DNA of 64,000 nucleotides from Eremomyces bilateralis CBS 781.70 (Eukaryota): NCBI GenBank assembly GCA_010015585.1, contig ML975154.1; one strand, 5' to 3'. Shown piece by piece: positions 26,198 to 39,087 of this stretch (position 1 is its first letter; each line of letters starts with the position of its first letter). The notes under the pieces were generated by a model. It saw only the letters and a program-made list of their open reading frames with translations, ran no database searches and was not told where the DNA came from. The position numbers and the translations under genes were made by a program.

Positions 26198-29100
26198 ATG
26201 GCTGGTCAGTGGCGGCAAGATGCATCAGTTCCGGTGAACAACTCCTCATATCCGACCCAACCCCCGTTTAAACTTCCTCCCTCGATCGGCTTCCCCTTCA
26301 AAATGGACGAAGGATATTCGGAGGATACCCGCAGCCAGCCGGATGTCGAGGTCGCTTCAAGGTCCGACTCTCGCGCCGGCGACGCGTTGGATGCGTATCC
26401 CAATGCGCTGTTGCCAGAGTGGATTCTGGCACTAGGTGAACCGGAACGTTGTGGTAGGAACTCAATAGACAATAGCCCTTGCGTCACGATTGCTTTCTTA
26501 CACTTGAATAGAACTGGCATACACCATAATGCGTTCCCTGAGAACATCCTCCATCGCGCAAATCGTCGACCGTGTCAACCCGCTTCTCCATCTCGACCCT
26601 GTCTCACATCTCCCCCCCGAAATCGTCCTGACAGTCCTCTCCAATTTAACGGCGGAAGAACTCATCAAAGCTTCGGTGCTTTCGAAAGGCTGGCATTACC
26701 GTGCCCTCGATGTGCAGCTGTGGCGGAGTCTCTTCCGCTCCGAAGGCTGGCGGTACAATATCCGCGAAGTACGAGAGTTTGAGGCGCGGGTATTCACATC
26801 GACGGTCGAGTCGAGGGAAAAACATACCCGTGTGAGACGCGCAGAAGCGGATGCTGGCCGCCAATCCAGCAAACGCCGCGCTCATGAGGGGTCCATACGA
26901 CTCGACACCGAAATCACCGTTCCTTCATCGTCAACAGCCGCAGAAGGAACCAGTGATGGGCCCTATGGCTGGGTGGAACAACATGGTGTTATCGAAGCGG
27001 ACGATAACTCGCCGAACAGCGACTCCGACAGGATGCAGGGGGTATCTTTCCAACACGATCCAATATCGCCCGTCATCGAGCCAAATGATGACATGTCCGC
27101 TACGCCGAGCCAATCCCCCATACGGAATGGAAATTCGCAGAGTCCGACGAAAACGCCTTTCATGACCCGCGATGAGCAAAACAGACCGCAGCTAGACTGG
27201 TATTACATCTATAAGCAGAAGCGGAGATTAGAAGCCAATTGGAACCATGGCCGATTTACCAACTTTATTCTCCCTCATCCTGACTTTCCAGAAGAGTCGC
27301 ACAACGAGTGCGTCTATACTATTCAGTATTCCGACCGCTATCTTGTCAGCGGCAGTCGAGATAAGACACTCAGAATCTGGGATTTGGAGACGCAGCGGCT
27401 CGCTCGGCCGCCTCTGACAGGGCACCAAGCGTCGGTACTCTGTTTACAGTTCGATGATAGCCCTCAAGAGGATGTCATCATTTCAGGCGGCAGTGACTGC
27501 CATGTCAAAATATGGCGGTTTTCGGATGGCGTATGTATCCATACCATCAACAGAGCCCACCGAGAACCGGTGTTGAACCTTCGATTTGACTCGCGATATC
27601 TCATTACCTGCTCGAAAGATCGTACCGTCAAAGTTTGGAATCGAAAGAACCTACCCACGACTCACCCCAACTTCCCTCGCCCCACTGCGAATGTCTCTGC
27701 GAAGTTTGCGGAGAGAGTCATCAGTCTTGCTGCTGAATACGAGCGGCAGCAATTGAGTCAGGTCATGTACAGCGAGGCCCCATCTCTTAAACCGTATGAA
27801 CTGCTCATGACCCTCCACGGCCATACCGCAGCAGTGAACGCCATTCAGATTCTCGACGGCGAGATTGTTTCGGCCTCCGGAGATCGAACAGTCAAGATAT
27901 GGGACGTTAGGTCTGGTAGATGTGTAAAAACCATACCTGGACATATCAAAGGGATTGCCTGCGTGCAATTCGACGGTCGACGAATCGTCAGCGGTAGCAG
28001 CGACGAGACCGTGCGAATCTTCGATCGAGTCACCGGCGCAGAGGTAGCATGTCTAAAAGGACATACGAACCTCGTCCGTACTGTGCAAGCGCGATTTGGC
28101 GATCTTCCCGGCGCAGAAGATGAGCTCGAAGCCGAAGCGCGCCAGATCGATCAGCAATACTTCTCGGCCAAACGTCTAGGACAACTCGAGGAAGTGAGTC
28201 GCGAGGTTATGAGAGCGCGAAATTCTGGGTCGCGCGACCCCAGTCGTATCTTCGCGTACGGCGCGAAACTCCCGCCTGGTGGAGGTGGGAGTCGGTGGGC
28301 GCGGATCGTCTCCGGTTCCTACGACGAGACCGTGATCATCTGGAAGCGGAACGCGGACGGGGAGTGGGTCGTGGCTCACCAGCTGTCGCAGTCGAGGGCG
28401 GTTATCAAGGCGGGAGGACCGAATAACGCCAGGCAGAGACATGTGGCTGCGGCCCAGGCCCAAATGGCTCTTCCGAACCCGAATCAGGCGCAAAACGGTG
28501 CAAATCACCCGCAAGCACCTGCACCGCTCGCTCAGGGTCAAGGGGGTGCTGCGACGAGCAATTTGCAGCCGCCCCAGAATCAGGCTGGGCCATCGACTGC
28601 GCAACATCCCCAACCTCAGACCCCAGTTTCGGCTCAGGCTGCTTCTCAATCAGCAATCCATCTTTCCGTGGCCATATCTGCAAGCAACGCATCCACGAAT
28701 GGCTCTGCATCTCGTTCGCCATCCCCAATCACACCCACTACCACCCCTTCGCAGCCGCAAGGGGCGTCAGCATCCGCCTCGACTTCTCAGCCTCCAGCAG
28801 CAACAGCGTCGCAGAGCACTCCAGCGGCTACCCCGAACACGCCAACCGCCGCACCAACGCAACCAGCACCCGCAACTCCGGCCCCACAATCTACCAACGA
28901 ACCCCAACCCGCCCCGGCAGGACCGGTGCCCGCCCCGGCAGGCCAGCCTCTGACCCCCATGCAGCAGCAACACCACCAACAAATGCTACAACACATGCAA
29001 CACATCCCTCCGGCACTCCAACAGTTCTACCAGCAGCAGGCCGGTGCGGCGGCCGGACCTGGCGCTGGCAACAACCCACCTCCACACCTGCTGCCGCCGC

Positions 29101-29261
29101 CGCCGGCCATGATGCCGTCGAACTCGCGCGTCTTCAAGCTGCAGTTCGACAGCCGACGGATCATCTGCTGCTCGCAGGATCCGACGATCGTGGGATGGGA
29201 CTTTGCGAATGGGGATGAGGATATCATTGCGGCGAGTCGGTTCTTTGGGGGAGATACGTGA
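26198..29261 (+). CDS. FWD1: F-box/WD40 protein of the beta-TrCP/FWD-1/Pof11 type
   Basis: Intron 26454-26511; F-box DPVSHLPPEIVLTVLSNL..W; WD repeats LVSGSRDKTLRIWD, GHQASVLCLQFD, VSASGDRTVKIWD, GIACVQFDGRRIVSGSSD, RVFKLQFDSRRII. Orthology to Neurospora FWD-1 is inferred from architecture only. Confidence 0.85.
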
Positions 29262-29654
29262 GGTGGATGGTTGAGCTTGCTTGTACCTCTGTGGTTTTGC
29301 GGCGCGTCCGGAACAGAGTCGTTAGATTGTGGGGGATATAATTTTACTGCTGGATGCATCGTTGGACTGGCGATGCTGGTACATGTGGATGTTCGTGGGC
29401 TCTCGCTATAATATATTGATATATTAGCACCCCGATGGATGAGGATGAAAGGGAACTTGGGAAGCTTGGGTGGTATATATTCGCATATAATTGACGACAT
29501 GTAGCTGCATTGCAGCGTCTTGGGGGCCGTCTGGGGGGCCTTTGGGTTGTATTTACGGAGTCCTGGCCCCTCGGTGACGATAGGCAAATTCCAGGGGACT
29601 CTTCTTCTCATTTTTAATGCATCAGTCTGCTGGCTATTCTCATGATATTGCGCG

Positions 29655-30458
29655 TTACGACCCTTCCCCAAACGTCCTGATGACGCTCGCCAGCGGCGCA
29701 AACCAGGCATCTGCAAGCTTCTCATTGCCCGCTTCATTCGGGTGGACGCCATCACCCGTGTCCGTCGCCGGATTGAACCCCGTGTAGCAATCCACCACGG
29801 TAATCGGGGACTCGGTGCTATTCAACCCCGCGGCCCACTGCGGGATCGCCTGATCCAACGCGACGACTCGCTGCGGACATTCGGCGCACGGGCTCGTTTC
29901 CCGCGGATTCAGCGGGATGATTTGTGCAACCTAAGCATCCACGTCAACCATCCCCGCATCCACGAAAACAAAGGAGGTCGAAACTCACCAGTATCTTCAT
30001 CCGACTATTGCTTGCCCGCATCTGCTTCACCAACGTCGCATACGCCCCCAACAGCTCCGTCGGGCTCTTTGCACTCCACACGTCGTTCGTCCCCAGATGC
30101 ATCATGACCACGTCCGGCTTCGTCGCGGCGAGCCATCCCGTCAGCAGGTTCTGGCTCGCGATGTTCGTCGCGAACATGCTCGCGTGGCCCTCATGTTGGC
30201 CGTCGTACGTGAAGCCGCAGCCGTCGGGTTGCAGGGTGCCGACGAAGTCGGTGTTCGTCGTCAGTCCGGCGGTTTGGAGCTTGCGGTAGAGGAGCGCGCG
30301 CCAGCAGCCCTAAGGAGGTTAACTGGATGGTAAAGGAACCCGTGGAAATGACATACTGGGCTGCCGGTAATCGAGTCGCCAAGTGCCATGATTTTGATGG
30401 CAGCCAGAGATTGGCCTGCCAATAAGAGAACGGTAAGTACAAATGGTAGAGGGTACAT
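29655..30458 (-). CDS. Secreted SGNH/GDSL hydrolase, carbohydrate esterase family 3-like
   Basis: Signal peptide MYPLPFVLTVLLLAGQSLA; GDSITG; GCWRALL; HLGTND; DGVHPN; two introns. Confidence 0.9.
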
Positions 30459-31319
30459 CGTGGCGGATCCTTCCTGCACTGGCTACGGCATCCAGTGGGG
30501 TTTCGTGAGGAGAAGGAGTTCACACTATGACTTGCGCCGAAGAGGATGGAAAACATGACGACAAGTACAGTTCCATAAGTATCATCAGCACGAAGTCTAA
30601 TCATATCCACACTCTATCTGGTTCCAATCCGGACATGAAGAAGCAGTGGTTCCGTTCTCAAACCGCATATTGCTGAATTCGATACTCCGACTAAATTTCC
30701 CACCCAATGAAATAATTCCTAGCTCTTGGAACAAGGAGTATGACGGGTGGATTCAGGTAAGGAACCATTCTTGCAATGATAGACTGAAATTGAAATATTC
30801 AACGCCACCAATGGGACGTGGTGGATAGATTGACGGAGCTGTTTCAGGACTCTGATATAACGTTGCAGAAGAGCAGGTGACATTGACTTGACCTTCGAAA
30901 TCGGCATCAAATCAGGAGTGCCGTAGAATAGGATGAACTACACCATAACACTTCACTTCTGTCAGGTAACAGTAGTAAGACAAAGGTCATGAGCCTTAAA
31001 GTAGATTTCTTTCCAGACAGCCGACCAAGCAGTAGGTTGGTGATATTAGTTGCCAGGACCAGATGACCTAGAGATTGGAGGTGGGCCTGGCGTTGTTGGT
31101 ATTTTATGCCTCAGGCACAAAGGCCGAAATTCTCCGGCTCAGTCATCAAGGATTACGTCGATCTATCTCGGAGAGTGTTACATCCATCTTCCGTTATTAG
31201 CGCATGTCTTGTTCCAGACGCGTTCTCATCGTGTGAGGCACCTGTCAAGACTTTCTGGAGAACAATAAAATGTTATTTATGGAGATGTAGAGCAAATACC
31301 TCTGCTCCAGCCTTTCATC

Positions 31320-33596
31320 ATGGCCATCGACGCCGAGAAGTCAACGAAGTATGGTCGCCTGAATAGTGACGATGTCGATTCCGATTCCGAACGACGTGCT
31401 CCCTCCCTGGGCAGCAGAGCTTCAGGAGAGCTGCACGACGATGATCGGGTGTTACTCCAGGAGGAAGACGAGCAGCAGGAGCTGCTATTGAGGAAAGAAA
31501 CCTCGGGGATTCAAAGACTCCTTCGTGGTCGTGAGGATGGGAACAGCGCGGTCGAGATCGGGAAGAGGGAGAGGAGGAGGCTCGCAAGAGAAGCACGACA
31601 AAGTCAGAACAGGAGAAGCCGAGGGCAAGATAATGGGCTGATGTATGAAATGGAAGAAGGTGGTCCTGGTTCCGACTTTGCCTCATCTCGAAGCTCGTCG
31701 GAGTCGGATTTGAGAAAGCTGAGTTCATATCGGGGAGCTGAGAAGGTACCTAAAGCCATCTTTCGACGATTTAGGCTTCGCTAACAGTAACTGGACGAAA
31801 CGTCTCTCATTAATTAAACGTATTGCACTCTATCTTTCGATCATAGCCCTCTTCCTCGTCCTACTCTTTGCCGCATACAAGGCAACGCAAGCCTCGAAAC
31901 CTCGCTCTCCCCTTGCAACACTATCCAACGGAACGTCGCTGTTCGCACCTACCACTATCATCGTATCACTGGATGGATTCCGTGCCGATTTCCTCCAAAG
32001 AGGCCTTACTCCAACCCTGAACGCTTTTGTCCGCGAGGGAATCTCGCCGCTGTACATGACAGCAAGCTTCCCTAGCGTAACATTTCCGAACCATTTTACT
32101 TTGGTTACTGGACTCTATCCCGAAACCCATGGGATAGTAGGAAATACATTCTGGGATCCCGATCTGCAAGATAGCTTCTATTACACTGACAAAGAAGCGA
32201 TGGACCCGAAATGGTGGAATGGAGAGCCAATCTGGGTCACAGCGGAGAAACAGAGCGTGAGAAGCGCGATCCACATGTGGCCGGGCTCAGAAGCCCACAT
32301 CGGTGGCATCGAGCCGACTTTTGTTGACAAGTATAATGGTTCTGAAATCCTTTCGAAGAAGGTCGACAGAGTTCTCGAGCTGCTTGATTTACCTGGACTG
32401 GAATCATCCGATCATCCGCAACCAAGGCCACAGCTTATTGCTGCATATATACCTGTCGTAGATTCGGCTGGACACAAATATGGGCCGAATAGCACTGATA
32501 TCCGGCAGACGATCCAAAACGTGGATAACATGCTAGCAGGCCTATTCAATGGTTTGGAAGAGCGCAATCTAACAGACATTGTTAACGTCGTCGTTGTTTC
32601 CGATCATGGTATGGCTACCACGTCGACGCAGCGACTTATGCAGTTGGAAGATCTGGTGGATGTCTCTCGGATCGAACACATCGATGGCTGGCCCCTAATT
32701 GGTCTTCGCCCGAAAGACCCTGCGGATCTTGAGGACCTTTACAACCAAATCAAGGCAAAGGCGGAGACGAATCCTCATATTGAAGTATATCTCCGAGATC
32801 GTGATATGCCTGAGCGGTATCACTTCCGAAATAACGATCGTATTGCGCCGCTCTGGATTGTTCCGGAAGCTGGGTGGGCAATCGTTAAGAATGATGAATT
32901 CAACGTAGCTGAGGGGCTGATAAACGGCGATGTTTACCATCCTCTTGGATTACATGGATATGACCCCGAGCACCCCTTGATGCGGGCGATATTTGTTGCG
33001 CGAGGTCCGGCGTTCCCGCATAAACCTGATAGCAGAGTGGAAGTCTTCCGTAAGTTGAACACCCTTGCCTTCTCCATTCCGATCCTAACGGGGTGTCTCT
33101 AGAAAACACCGAAGTGTATAATATCATCTGCGAGTCGATTGGTATCGTCCCGAGTCCAAACAATGGCACTTTACACCTTCCCCTAAAACCGATTGGCCTA
33201 CATTCGGATGAGGGTGCTCCGACACTAGACCCACCGAATGACCCGCCGCCTTCAGAGCCCGTGCCCCCAAAGCCCGCGTCTCCAGAACCTGTGCCCCCAA
33301 AGCCCGCATCTCCAAAGCCCGCGTCTCCAAAGCCCGCGTCTCCAGAGCCCGCGTCTCCAGAGCCTGTGCCTCCAGAGCCTCAGCCAGACGTGGTGGCCTC
33401 TTCTACAAACGTCGCTACACCCCCCGCAGACGATTTGCTCCCCACTTCGACGACTAGCCCCGGCTCTGAGGATGCAACTAATGATCCTTCCCAGGAAACA
33501 CCAGAAGAGCAGGTGAAAGGTTGGATTGATTGGGTGCACGGCAAACTGGACGAATTTAAATCCTTTGTCAATGGCGTTCTCGGCGGGTCGGGCTAA
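31320..33596 (+). CDS. NPP1: Type I phosphodiesterase/nucleotide pyrophosphatase, type II membrane protein (first splice acceptor problematic, see findings)
   Basis: TM helix IALYLSIIALFLVLLFAAY; ISLDGFRAD-like IVSLDGFRAD; PSVTFPNHFTLVTGLYPETHGIVGN; DSAGHKYGP; VSDHGM; GLHGYD. Confidence 0.9.
33253..33380 (+). repeat. Coding minisatellite, 15-nt unit, about 8.5 copies (EPVPP/KPASP/EPASP)
   Basis: Tandem units ca(a/g)agcccg(c/t)g(t/c)c(t/c)c read directly in the NPP1 last exon. Confidence 0.9.
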
Positions 33597-34357
33597 GCTT
33601 CATGTACGCCTGGAATGTGGAGCAGCCCGGGGATGCATCGAAGTCCGGATCTGGCAGCAATGCTACTCCTCGACGTTTTGAAGTTGTATCATGGCTGCTC
33701 TGATGCTCTTTTGTACTTGTAGGGCTCGTGGGCAGTTCGTAAACGGCCCACATTGGATGTCTGAGACCGCTGCACGGATGATTGGAGTCTTGGATGCTTT
33801 TTGCCTCGGGCCTGGAAATGTGTGGATTTGGCTAGAATCATAAAATATACCCAATTGCTGACGCTTGATAGGTGGTGTATGATTTATTTAGAGAAACTCA
33901 GAGTAGTATCTCATTCTCTTTCGAACATGATTACATGAATAGGGTGTCTACCCAATATCCATGGCATAGATCTAATCCCCTGAACACGTAACCAAAGCCC
34001 AAGCATAAATGCGTTTCTTTGTTGTATGAATTCCATTGTTGAACTTCCACCATAAGTACCTCCGCTTCCGGGACTAAAATAATGGGAAATATATATCGCA
34101 GCTCTCGTTACATTCTTTCTCTTTGTTGGGCCTTCTCTAACAGTAGATGTCGATAACCTGTAGCTGTCGGCATTTCTTGATTCTTCAATGCGTTCACTTT
34201 GAATCTGAATCTGTTCGTCGGTCCGAATCTTCAGTCAACTTGGCTTTTTGTTGTTTAGTGTCCTGAATTTATCACAGCAGAAGTCAAAATCTACAATTTC
34301 CTCTTCGAGCTTTCGTACACTTCTTATTCGTCAAGCGTCACAATTCGCTAGTCGACA

Positions 34358-35649
34358 ATGGAGTCATCAGTGGTGGGCGTATTAGGCCTAACATCCTCTG
34401 GTTCCATACCTCCAGCAAACCAAGAGCAGTACCAGCGGAGGCTGGAGGAGTTGGCAGCAGGCAACAGGTCTGGCTCTGATGCCTAGGAGATCCTGGAATC
34501 GGGAAATTACGGAGCCTTAGCCTTCGGCATAGAATTTGAGACAATCTTTGCTTTTAGTGAGAGCGATCTCCGAACGGTCTTGCCAGCTCGCCATGCGATA
34601 GTGAAATCCCTGCCTGAGGACGCGGAAAGGTATCTATGGAAGGAGGGATACACGAATATTCCTTATCCCAGCTGGGCGATCTCCGGTATAGATGAAGAGG
34701 ACGGATATTCTGCAGGTGTCGAAGACTGGGTTGAACTAGAGGGCGGGCGCATTCGATCATACACGGTGGAGCCTCTGGAATTGGCGGCCCGGAAAGTGAA
34801 TGAGATTGCTAAATTGCCTATAGCGGCCCATGTACACTTTGATACCAACGACAGGAAGGCGGTGATATTCGACTATTGGAATATCTCCACTGAACTAACC
34901 GTACAGGCACTCACAAAACAAGAACTGAAAGCGACGGTGCTCAAGGACAAACCGGGCGAGCAGGCGCAGAACTGGGATTCCTGGGCTGTGGAATACATTT
35001 CTCCCAAGATTCGCGGTAACGAGTTCCATACGCATGCACTCGAAAATGACCTGTACCCACTTCTGGACTCTATCAATGGAACAGCGACCTCCAGGTTTGC
35101 TACAATAACGACAGGAGAGACCGGTCTACTGACGGGCAGACAAACTACATTTCATTCCGCTGGAGACTTCTGGAGGAGATTTTCGAGGAGATAGATCGGA
35201 CGACGAATGCGACTGGGCTGAGACGGCTCTTATGCGGCAACGATGAACTGGACCACGAAAAGGACATGTTGGTTAGTTTCGCCAATCAAATCCTAGAAGG
35301 AAACTATTACGGAGGACAAACGATAGAGTTCAGATAGCATGAGGCGCTACCGAGCCCAACTGGCATTTGTCACTGGGTAGAATTTTGTCTTGCATTGGGC
35401 AAATATGCCGCCTTCTGTACTCAACGAGCCGGAGGTTTCCCAGTTCGAAATTGGGGAAATCGCATTTATATCTTTGATCTGTTCGATGCCATAGGGCTCT
35501 CCGATGCTGCTCGCAAGCATTTTATGGAACGAATGGACAAGTTTTGTGACCCTCGGTACGCAAAGAGTCCGTATTGGAATCGACCGTATTGGGCATTTAG
35601 CGCGCCAATTCCAGCATCGAAACGAAGAAGGCTGAATGCTAGTAGGTAG
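34358..35649 (+). pseudogene. Putative amidoligase-family (Amidoligase_2-like) pseudogene
   Basis: ATG 34358; in-frame TAG 34484; AFGIEFE; WAVEYISP; TGL with the expected HVH missing, then a frameshift; VSFAN..QTIEFR*HE (TAG 35335)..ICHWVEFCLAL. Confidence 0.72.
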
Positions 35650-36037
35650 TTAGAGTACTTTGGATAATGAATAGAGGAATAATTTGTGTACAAAATACGG
35701 CTATGGGTATAAATTCCGGAGTATGGTGTACCAACTGTGGAAATATCAACATGGGCTACCCAATTTAGGTATTCAACTTTATATGCCTCCCTCACTTCTC
35801 TCCACTTATCAAGTAGACGGGTTACCGCGTTCCTCAATGGGCAACATTACATTTTTCTATACAAATCTCCCCTCGCCTTCACGCATTCCTTGAGCTAAAA
35901 TGTGCCCCGACGATCAACATGTTGCCATCTTGTATGTGAGCTCTTGTTGAATAAACAAACCAGTCTGACTGCATATGGGGAGAAGCTTGGGATCGAGTGT
36001 CGGTCCCCCCTACTTTTCTAGCCACCGGACTTCGACA

Positions 36038-38639
36038 TCAACTCCACGGATCATTTGGCGCCGTCATATCCTGGGCTACAAAACCACCATCTCCCCCCTC
36101 TGGCTCGGGAACGAAAACACCATAGTTGGACTTTGTCTTCTCAGATTTGGAAGTCCCCTTCTTGCTTTTCTTCGAGCCTTTCCTTTTCTTCGAGTTTTTC
36201 TCCTCCTTCTTCTTCTCCTTCTTCCCCCTTTTCTTTTCCTTCGCCTTCTTGGGCTTCTTGGAATTTTTTTCCTCAGCAGATTCTTCCGAGCTGCTGGACG
36301 AGCTGCTGGACGAGCTGCCACTCTCCGAATCCTCGAGTCGCAGTCGTAGGATCTCCGCACGAAGCTCTGCTTGCGTCATCTCTTCGAGCCGTTTGCTGTA
36401 ATCATCGTCGTCTTCTTCGAGAGGATGGTCCAGGATATCTTCCAAAGCATCTACTCATGTCAATGGTGAGCAGCAAATACGGTCGCTCCAACCTTACCCC
36501 TGGTGCGATAGAAGAAACGGAAAACGGCAAATGGCCTGTCGAGAGTATCGATTTGTGTTGGTGCTTGACAACTTCTGTAAGTTGTCAGTAACGCGCCAAC
36601 ATAAATACTAAGGCACGGTCGTCTTACGAATGCCAATATTTGAACCCCTTCCCTGCCCTCATCAGGAACTTAATCTGATGCTTTCCAGCGTATTTTTCCG
36701 GGATGCGAGGCACGTCCTCTTTCTTAGCGACGTAGACTCCCCCGTTGGCTTCGTCATCAGAGGAAAGAGCTTCTGGATCCGGAGGAAGGCTGAACGCCCA
36801 TTTCTTCCAGTAGTCCTGCACAAATGGCTCATGACGTGGTCCACCGGTACGGGTGGATTTGCTACCGTCGTTGTTGGAATTCCCACTGCCGGTATCCTCG
36901 CTGTCGCTACTTGCATTGCTGGCGCTGCTGGTGCTGCTGTTACTGCTACTTGTGCTGCTGTCGTTGGTGCTGCTAGTCTTCGAATTGGGCTCATTAGCAG
37001 AGCTTGCCTCTTCGGTTGGCCATGCGACGAATCCATCATTGGTTGGTAGATTTTGACCATCGTTGTTGCTCTCGTTGTCCTCGTTATTGTCGTTGTCGTA
37101 ATTCTCAAAACCATTGTTGAAATTGTTGTCACCGTTGTCGTCCTGATTTGTCTGGTGTTCACCATAAGTCTGATTCTGCGTGTCTTGCTGCTGATTTTTA
37201 GCAGGCTCGACGATAGAGCCAGCTTGGGCGGAGTTGTTTTCGTTGGTGTCATCCTTAGGAGGCCTTTTCCCGCCACACTTACGACAATGATGGTAATGGT
37301 CGGTGTCTTGGTCATGTCCTGGTATGTTTAGTATTAAAAACTAACAATAAATCGGAGCGAGCTTACTCTCACGACGTGCTGACACTGAATATCGAGGCCG
37401 TCCGTCATAATTATGATTCATGTGGTGGTGGGTCCGGTGACGATCGGTGGGAGCGTTGACGTAGTGAGGGCCGCTGTAAGTAGTGTCGGAGGTCGAGAAC
37501 ATAGATGGACTGCGGTATCGCCTTGTATCCTCGCGAGGACCGTGCCAGTGCCGCTCTCGCCCGATGTGGTCTTCCCGATGAGCCGACCTGCCATATCGAT
37601 GATCATCACGCCAAGTTAGACCATTCTCCCTAGAAGGGTAGCGATGAGTCGACCTCTCATGCCGATGATCATCACGCCAAGTTGAATCATGCTCCCTAGA
37701 AGGGTAGCGAAGATTTTGAAATCCACGCGAGGCATCTGATCGGCTGTCACCATACCATGGCTGTAGAGGAGGAGGATATGCGGGATCGTAGGGATAGTAC
37801 TGAGGCGTCGGCTGATAGGCACCTGGTATTTGGTAGTATCCATATGAGTCTGGTTGCAAATTGTAAGGGACTTCGTATGTGCGACGCCGGTTTGCGGGAA
37901 CTCTCTCGTCGACGCTCGGACAGTCACAGTCATCCTCATCGTGATTGCCGTCTAGTCCAAAGGCTGTCGCCCTGCCATAGTCGAGCCCGTCATTTGCGCC
38001 GTCAAAGAACCCGGGGATGGAGAACCCAGGTGCTCCTTGACAGATGCTGGATTCAGTGAATCTTCTTGACCTGGATTCCACAAGCACGGCCTCCTTGCGT
38101 CTCGGACTATCATTCAACGCTCTATGCCATTCTTCGGCTCCTGAATGGCTTCCACATCGGAGCACAACGACCTCAATAGTGCCGAGGCCACTAAGTTTGG
38201 ACTCGCTCCGGTCAGACTTACTACCTTTGGCTAGAAGAGTGTTAAGGACAGTCGCAAAACTTGACTTAGAGAACATACTTTTGTGGACCTCTTCGAACTT
38301 GAAGGCTCGCTGCAAGAACCTATTTGGTTCGATTGGAATCTCCTTTCCACGGATTACCATTGAAACCTTGGAGTCAAGCACAGCATCTTTGTGGTTAGGA
38401 GGCAAAAGATACTGTGAGACTCTGTTTGTCTGGTATTCGCCGTCGATATAGACGAATGCGTGTAAGCCAGGGCCAATATATCCGAGTGTTTCGAGGCGGA
38501 TGCAGAAGCCTGCAGGCTCATTTGGGATCTCAAGATATGATTGAACGACGCCATCGTAGTACCTCACATCGTGCTCGCGGAATTTGGTGGTAGCCCGGGC
38601 TTTCTCGACCCAGCACTTCAGATTTTGAAGTGTGGGCAT
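36038..38639 (-). CDS. Hypothetical multi-exon protein: conserved fungal beta-rich domain (recalled as DUF7918-like) split by a long low-complexity insert; K/E-rich tail
   Basis: MPTLQNLKCWVE..FVYIDGEYQTNR..GTIEVVVLR at the N-terminus; IDTLDRPFAVFRFFYRTR exon near 36500-36580; GT-AG introns at 38278-38231, about 37366-37319, about 36627 and about 36497. Confidence 0.7.
37576..37710 (-). repeat. 66-nt tandem duplication (2 copies; RYPSRE..TWRDDHR)
   Basis: cgatgag(c/t)cgacct..gatgatcatcacgccaagtt..tccctagaagggtagcga recurs at a 66-nt offset. Confidence 0.85.
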
Positions 38640-39087
38640 ATCGCCGGTCTCGTACGCTGAATGCTGGTGATTATAAGCAAAGGTCAATGATGTGGTGAGA
38701 AAGTGGGAGGATTGAGAATTTGAAAGTGAATGCGACTTAAGATGCAGGATGGAGAAGAGTCTTGTGAAAATTAGAAACTAGAGAGACATGAGCAATGCTG
38801 ACACAGAGATGCTTTGTTTTGATTCACCTGGTTGTAGGCACGTCGATTGTTGTCTCCAGAAGCAATACTTTACTTGGGAACACATGAGTCTTATGGACCA
38901 GTCCCGCATGTGATGGATGTGGCAACTAAGCTACAAGCGTGAAGAGGCAGCTGATGTGATTCAAGCCCAGTGTCCTGAACTTCAGGCTTGAACACAAACT
39001 CTGGAATAATGGAACAATATCAAAATGGGTATAAGCTACCTGGACAAGGTATCTCGAAGGCAGACATCTATCCAAAGCCATCTTTGG

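Noticed and set aside
34484..35337. TAG readthrough or recoding in the amidoligase-like locus
   Set aside because: TAG terminates normal genes here (e.g. RIB3), and the locus also has a frameshift and a deletion.
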